Assembly: GCA_963666365.2 (NCBI GenBank)
Contig: CAXXNF010000001.1
Span: 1 to 64,000 of the forward strand
Direction: 5' to 3'
DNA: 64,000 nt
From: Syntrophales bacterium
GTDB taxonomy: Bacteria > Desulfobacterota > Syntrophia > Syntrophales > UBA2210
A model generated the notes under the pieces. That model saw only the letters and a program-made list of their open reading frames with translations, was not told the DNA's origin and searched no databases. This document shows, one piece after another, positions 61,981 to 64,000 of the stretch. Positions within the stretch are counted from its first letter, which is position 1. Each line of letters starts with the position of its first letter. Position numbers and translations under genes: made by a program.

Positions 61981-62988
61981 ATGTCAGAAAAGAAAAATCG
62001 TTTAAAGATCGACAATGTCGCACAGTTTATCACACACCATTTCCGGCATTTCAATGCGGCGGCTCTCGTCGATGCCGCTGAGGGATACCGGAAACTGATC
62101 GATGAAGGCGGCTGCATGTGCATGGTGCTTGCCGGCGCCATGAGTACGGCGGAACTGGGGTTGTCGCTTGCAGAGATGATCAGACAGGACAAAGTGCACG
62201 CGGTGTGCTGCACCGGAGCGAACCTGGAAGAGGACATCTTCAATCTGGTGGCTCACGATCACTACCGGCGCATTCCACACTACCGCGATTTGACGCCTTC
62301 CGACGAAGCGGCGCTTCTGGAACGCCACCTGAATCGCGTCACCGACACCTGTATTCCGGAAGAAGAAGCAATCAGGCGCATCGAACAGGCCATCTTCGAC
62401 CTCTGGAAAGAAGCCGACGACAGAGGGGAACGGCTTTTCCCTCACGAATTCATATATCGCCTTCTTGAAAGCGAACGGCTCGTTCCCTCCTACCAGATCG
62501 ATCCGCTGGATAGCTGGGTGATCGCCGCCCACGAAAAGGGGCTTCCCATCATCGTACCGGGCTGGGAGGACTCGACGCTGGGCAACATATACGCGTCGCA
62601 CTGCATTCGGAACCACATAACCAATGTGCATACCGTGCGAAGCGGCATCGAATACATGATGATGCTCGCCGACTGGTACCGGAAAACGTCTGCGGAAGTA
62701 CCGATCGGGTTCTTCCAGATCGGCGGAGGCATTGCGGGGGATTTCCCTATTTGCGTGGTTCCCATGCTGCGTCAGGACATGGAGCTCGAGAACACGCCCC
62801 TGTGGAAATATTTCTGCCAGATCAGCGACTCCACCACCAGCTATGGCTCCTATTCCGGGGCTGTGCCGAACGAAAAGATCACCTGGGAAAAACTGGGCAT
62901 CGACACGCCGCGCTATGTGATAGAATCCGACGCAACTATTGTGGCGCCGCTTATCTTTGCCTATGTACTGGCAGACGCTCATCCCTGA
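61981..62988 (+). CDS. Deoxyhypusine-synthase-like protein (likely polyamine/homospermidine metabolism)
   Basis: HFNAA, LAGAMSTAELG, TGANLEED, PGWEDSTLGN, IGGGIAGDF, SYSGAVPNEKITW.K and ESDATIVAP. Confidence 0.92.
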   Translation: MSEKKNRLKIDNVAQFITHHFRHFNAAALVDAAEGYRKLIDEGGCMCMVLAGAMSTAELGLSLAEMIRQDKVHAVCCTGANLEEDIFNLVAHDHYRRIPHYRDLTPSDEAALLERHLNRVTDTCIPEEEAIRRIEQAIFDLWKEADDRGERLFPHEFIYRLLESERLVPSYQIDPLDSWVIAAHEKGLPIIVPGWEDSTLGNIYASHCIRNHITNVHTVRSGIEYMMMLADWYRKTSAEVPIGFFQIGGGIAGDFPICVVPMLRQDMELENTPLWKYFCQISDSTTSYGSYSGAVPNEKITWEKLGIDTPRYVIESDATIVAPLIFAYVLADAHP

Positions 62989-63035
62989 GGCATTCACGGA
63001 ACATCGCATAGCGACAATCCTCCAGAAAGGCGTAA

Positions 63036-64000
<965 letters not shown>

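Noticed and set aside
62870..62900. DHS-like motif reads TWEK instead of the usual TWGK
   Set aside because: The catalytic Lys is retained and the change lies in a G/A run in error-prone data.

Overview
Bacterial chromosome segment of about 55% GC; gene content suggests an anaerobic Deltaproteobacterium (Desulfobacterota/Syntrophales-like, inferred). The left third (1-20.7 kb, minus strand) is a TolC, membrane-fusion protein (MFP), GAF-MFP, PqqD/M50-MFP and truncated SecA cluster with no ABC transporter. It sits directly upstream of a giant (>3,590 codons, runs off the window) LEPR-XLL-motif protein whose visible C-terminal part is at least 7 near-identical 531-bp tandem repeats. This is the most interesting system in the window. 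The middle (21-49 kb) is a mixed accessory region: a ceramide-synthase-like GNAT next to an AUR1/PAP2 gene and an SPFH/NfeD pair, a signal-peptide DUF1566-Ig-RHS protein with a small YD+dockerin partner, a BMP-Cache fusion, small Cys-rich secreted proteins, and an aspartate 4-decarboxylase with a signal peptide. It also holds an inverted duplication of a two-gene module (sigma54-like promoter) enclosing an IS200 remnant, an integron-type cassette with attC sites, an integrase relic and a RelBE-type TA pair, next to tRNA-Arg/Ser/Ser. The right end (49.8-64 kb) is housekeeping: serS, murJ, yggU, divIVA, yggT, proC, rne, Sua5/YciO, HD-GYP, enoyl-CoA hydratase, DHS-like and leuB. Several +1 indels (pgm, RHS gene, giant gene) look like long-read sequencing errors. 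All family calls are by eye, without database searches.
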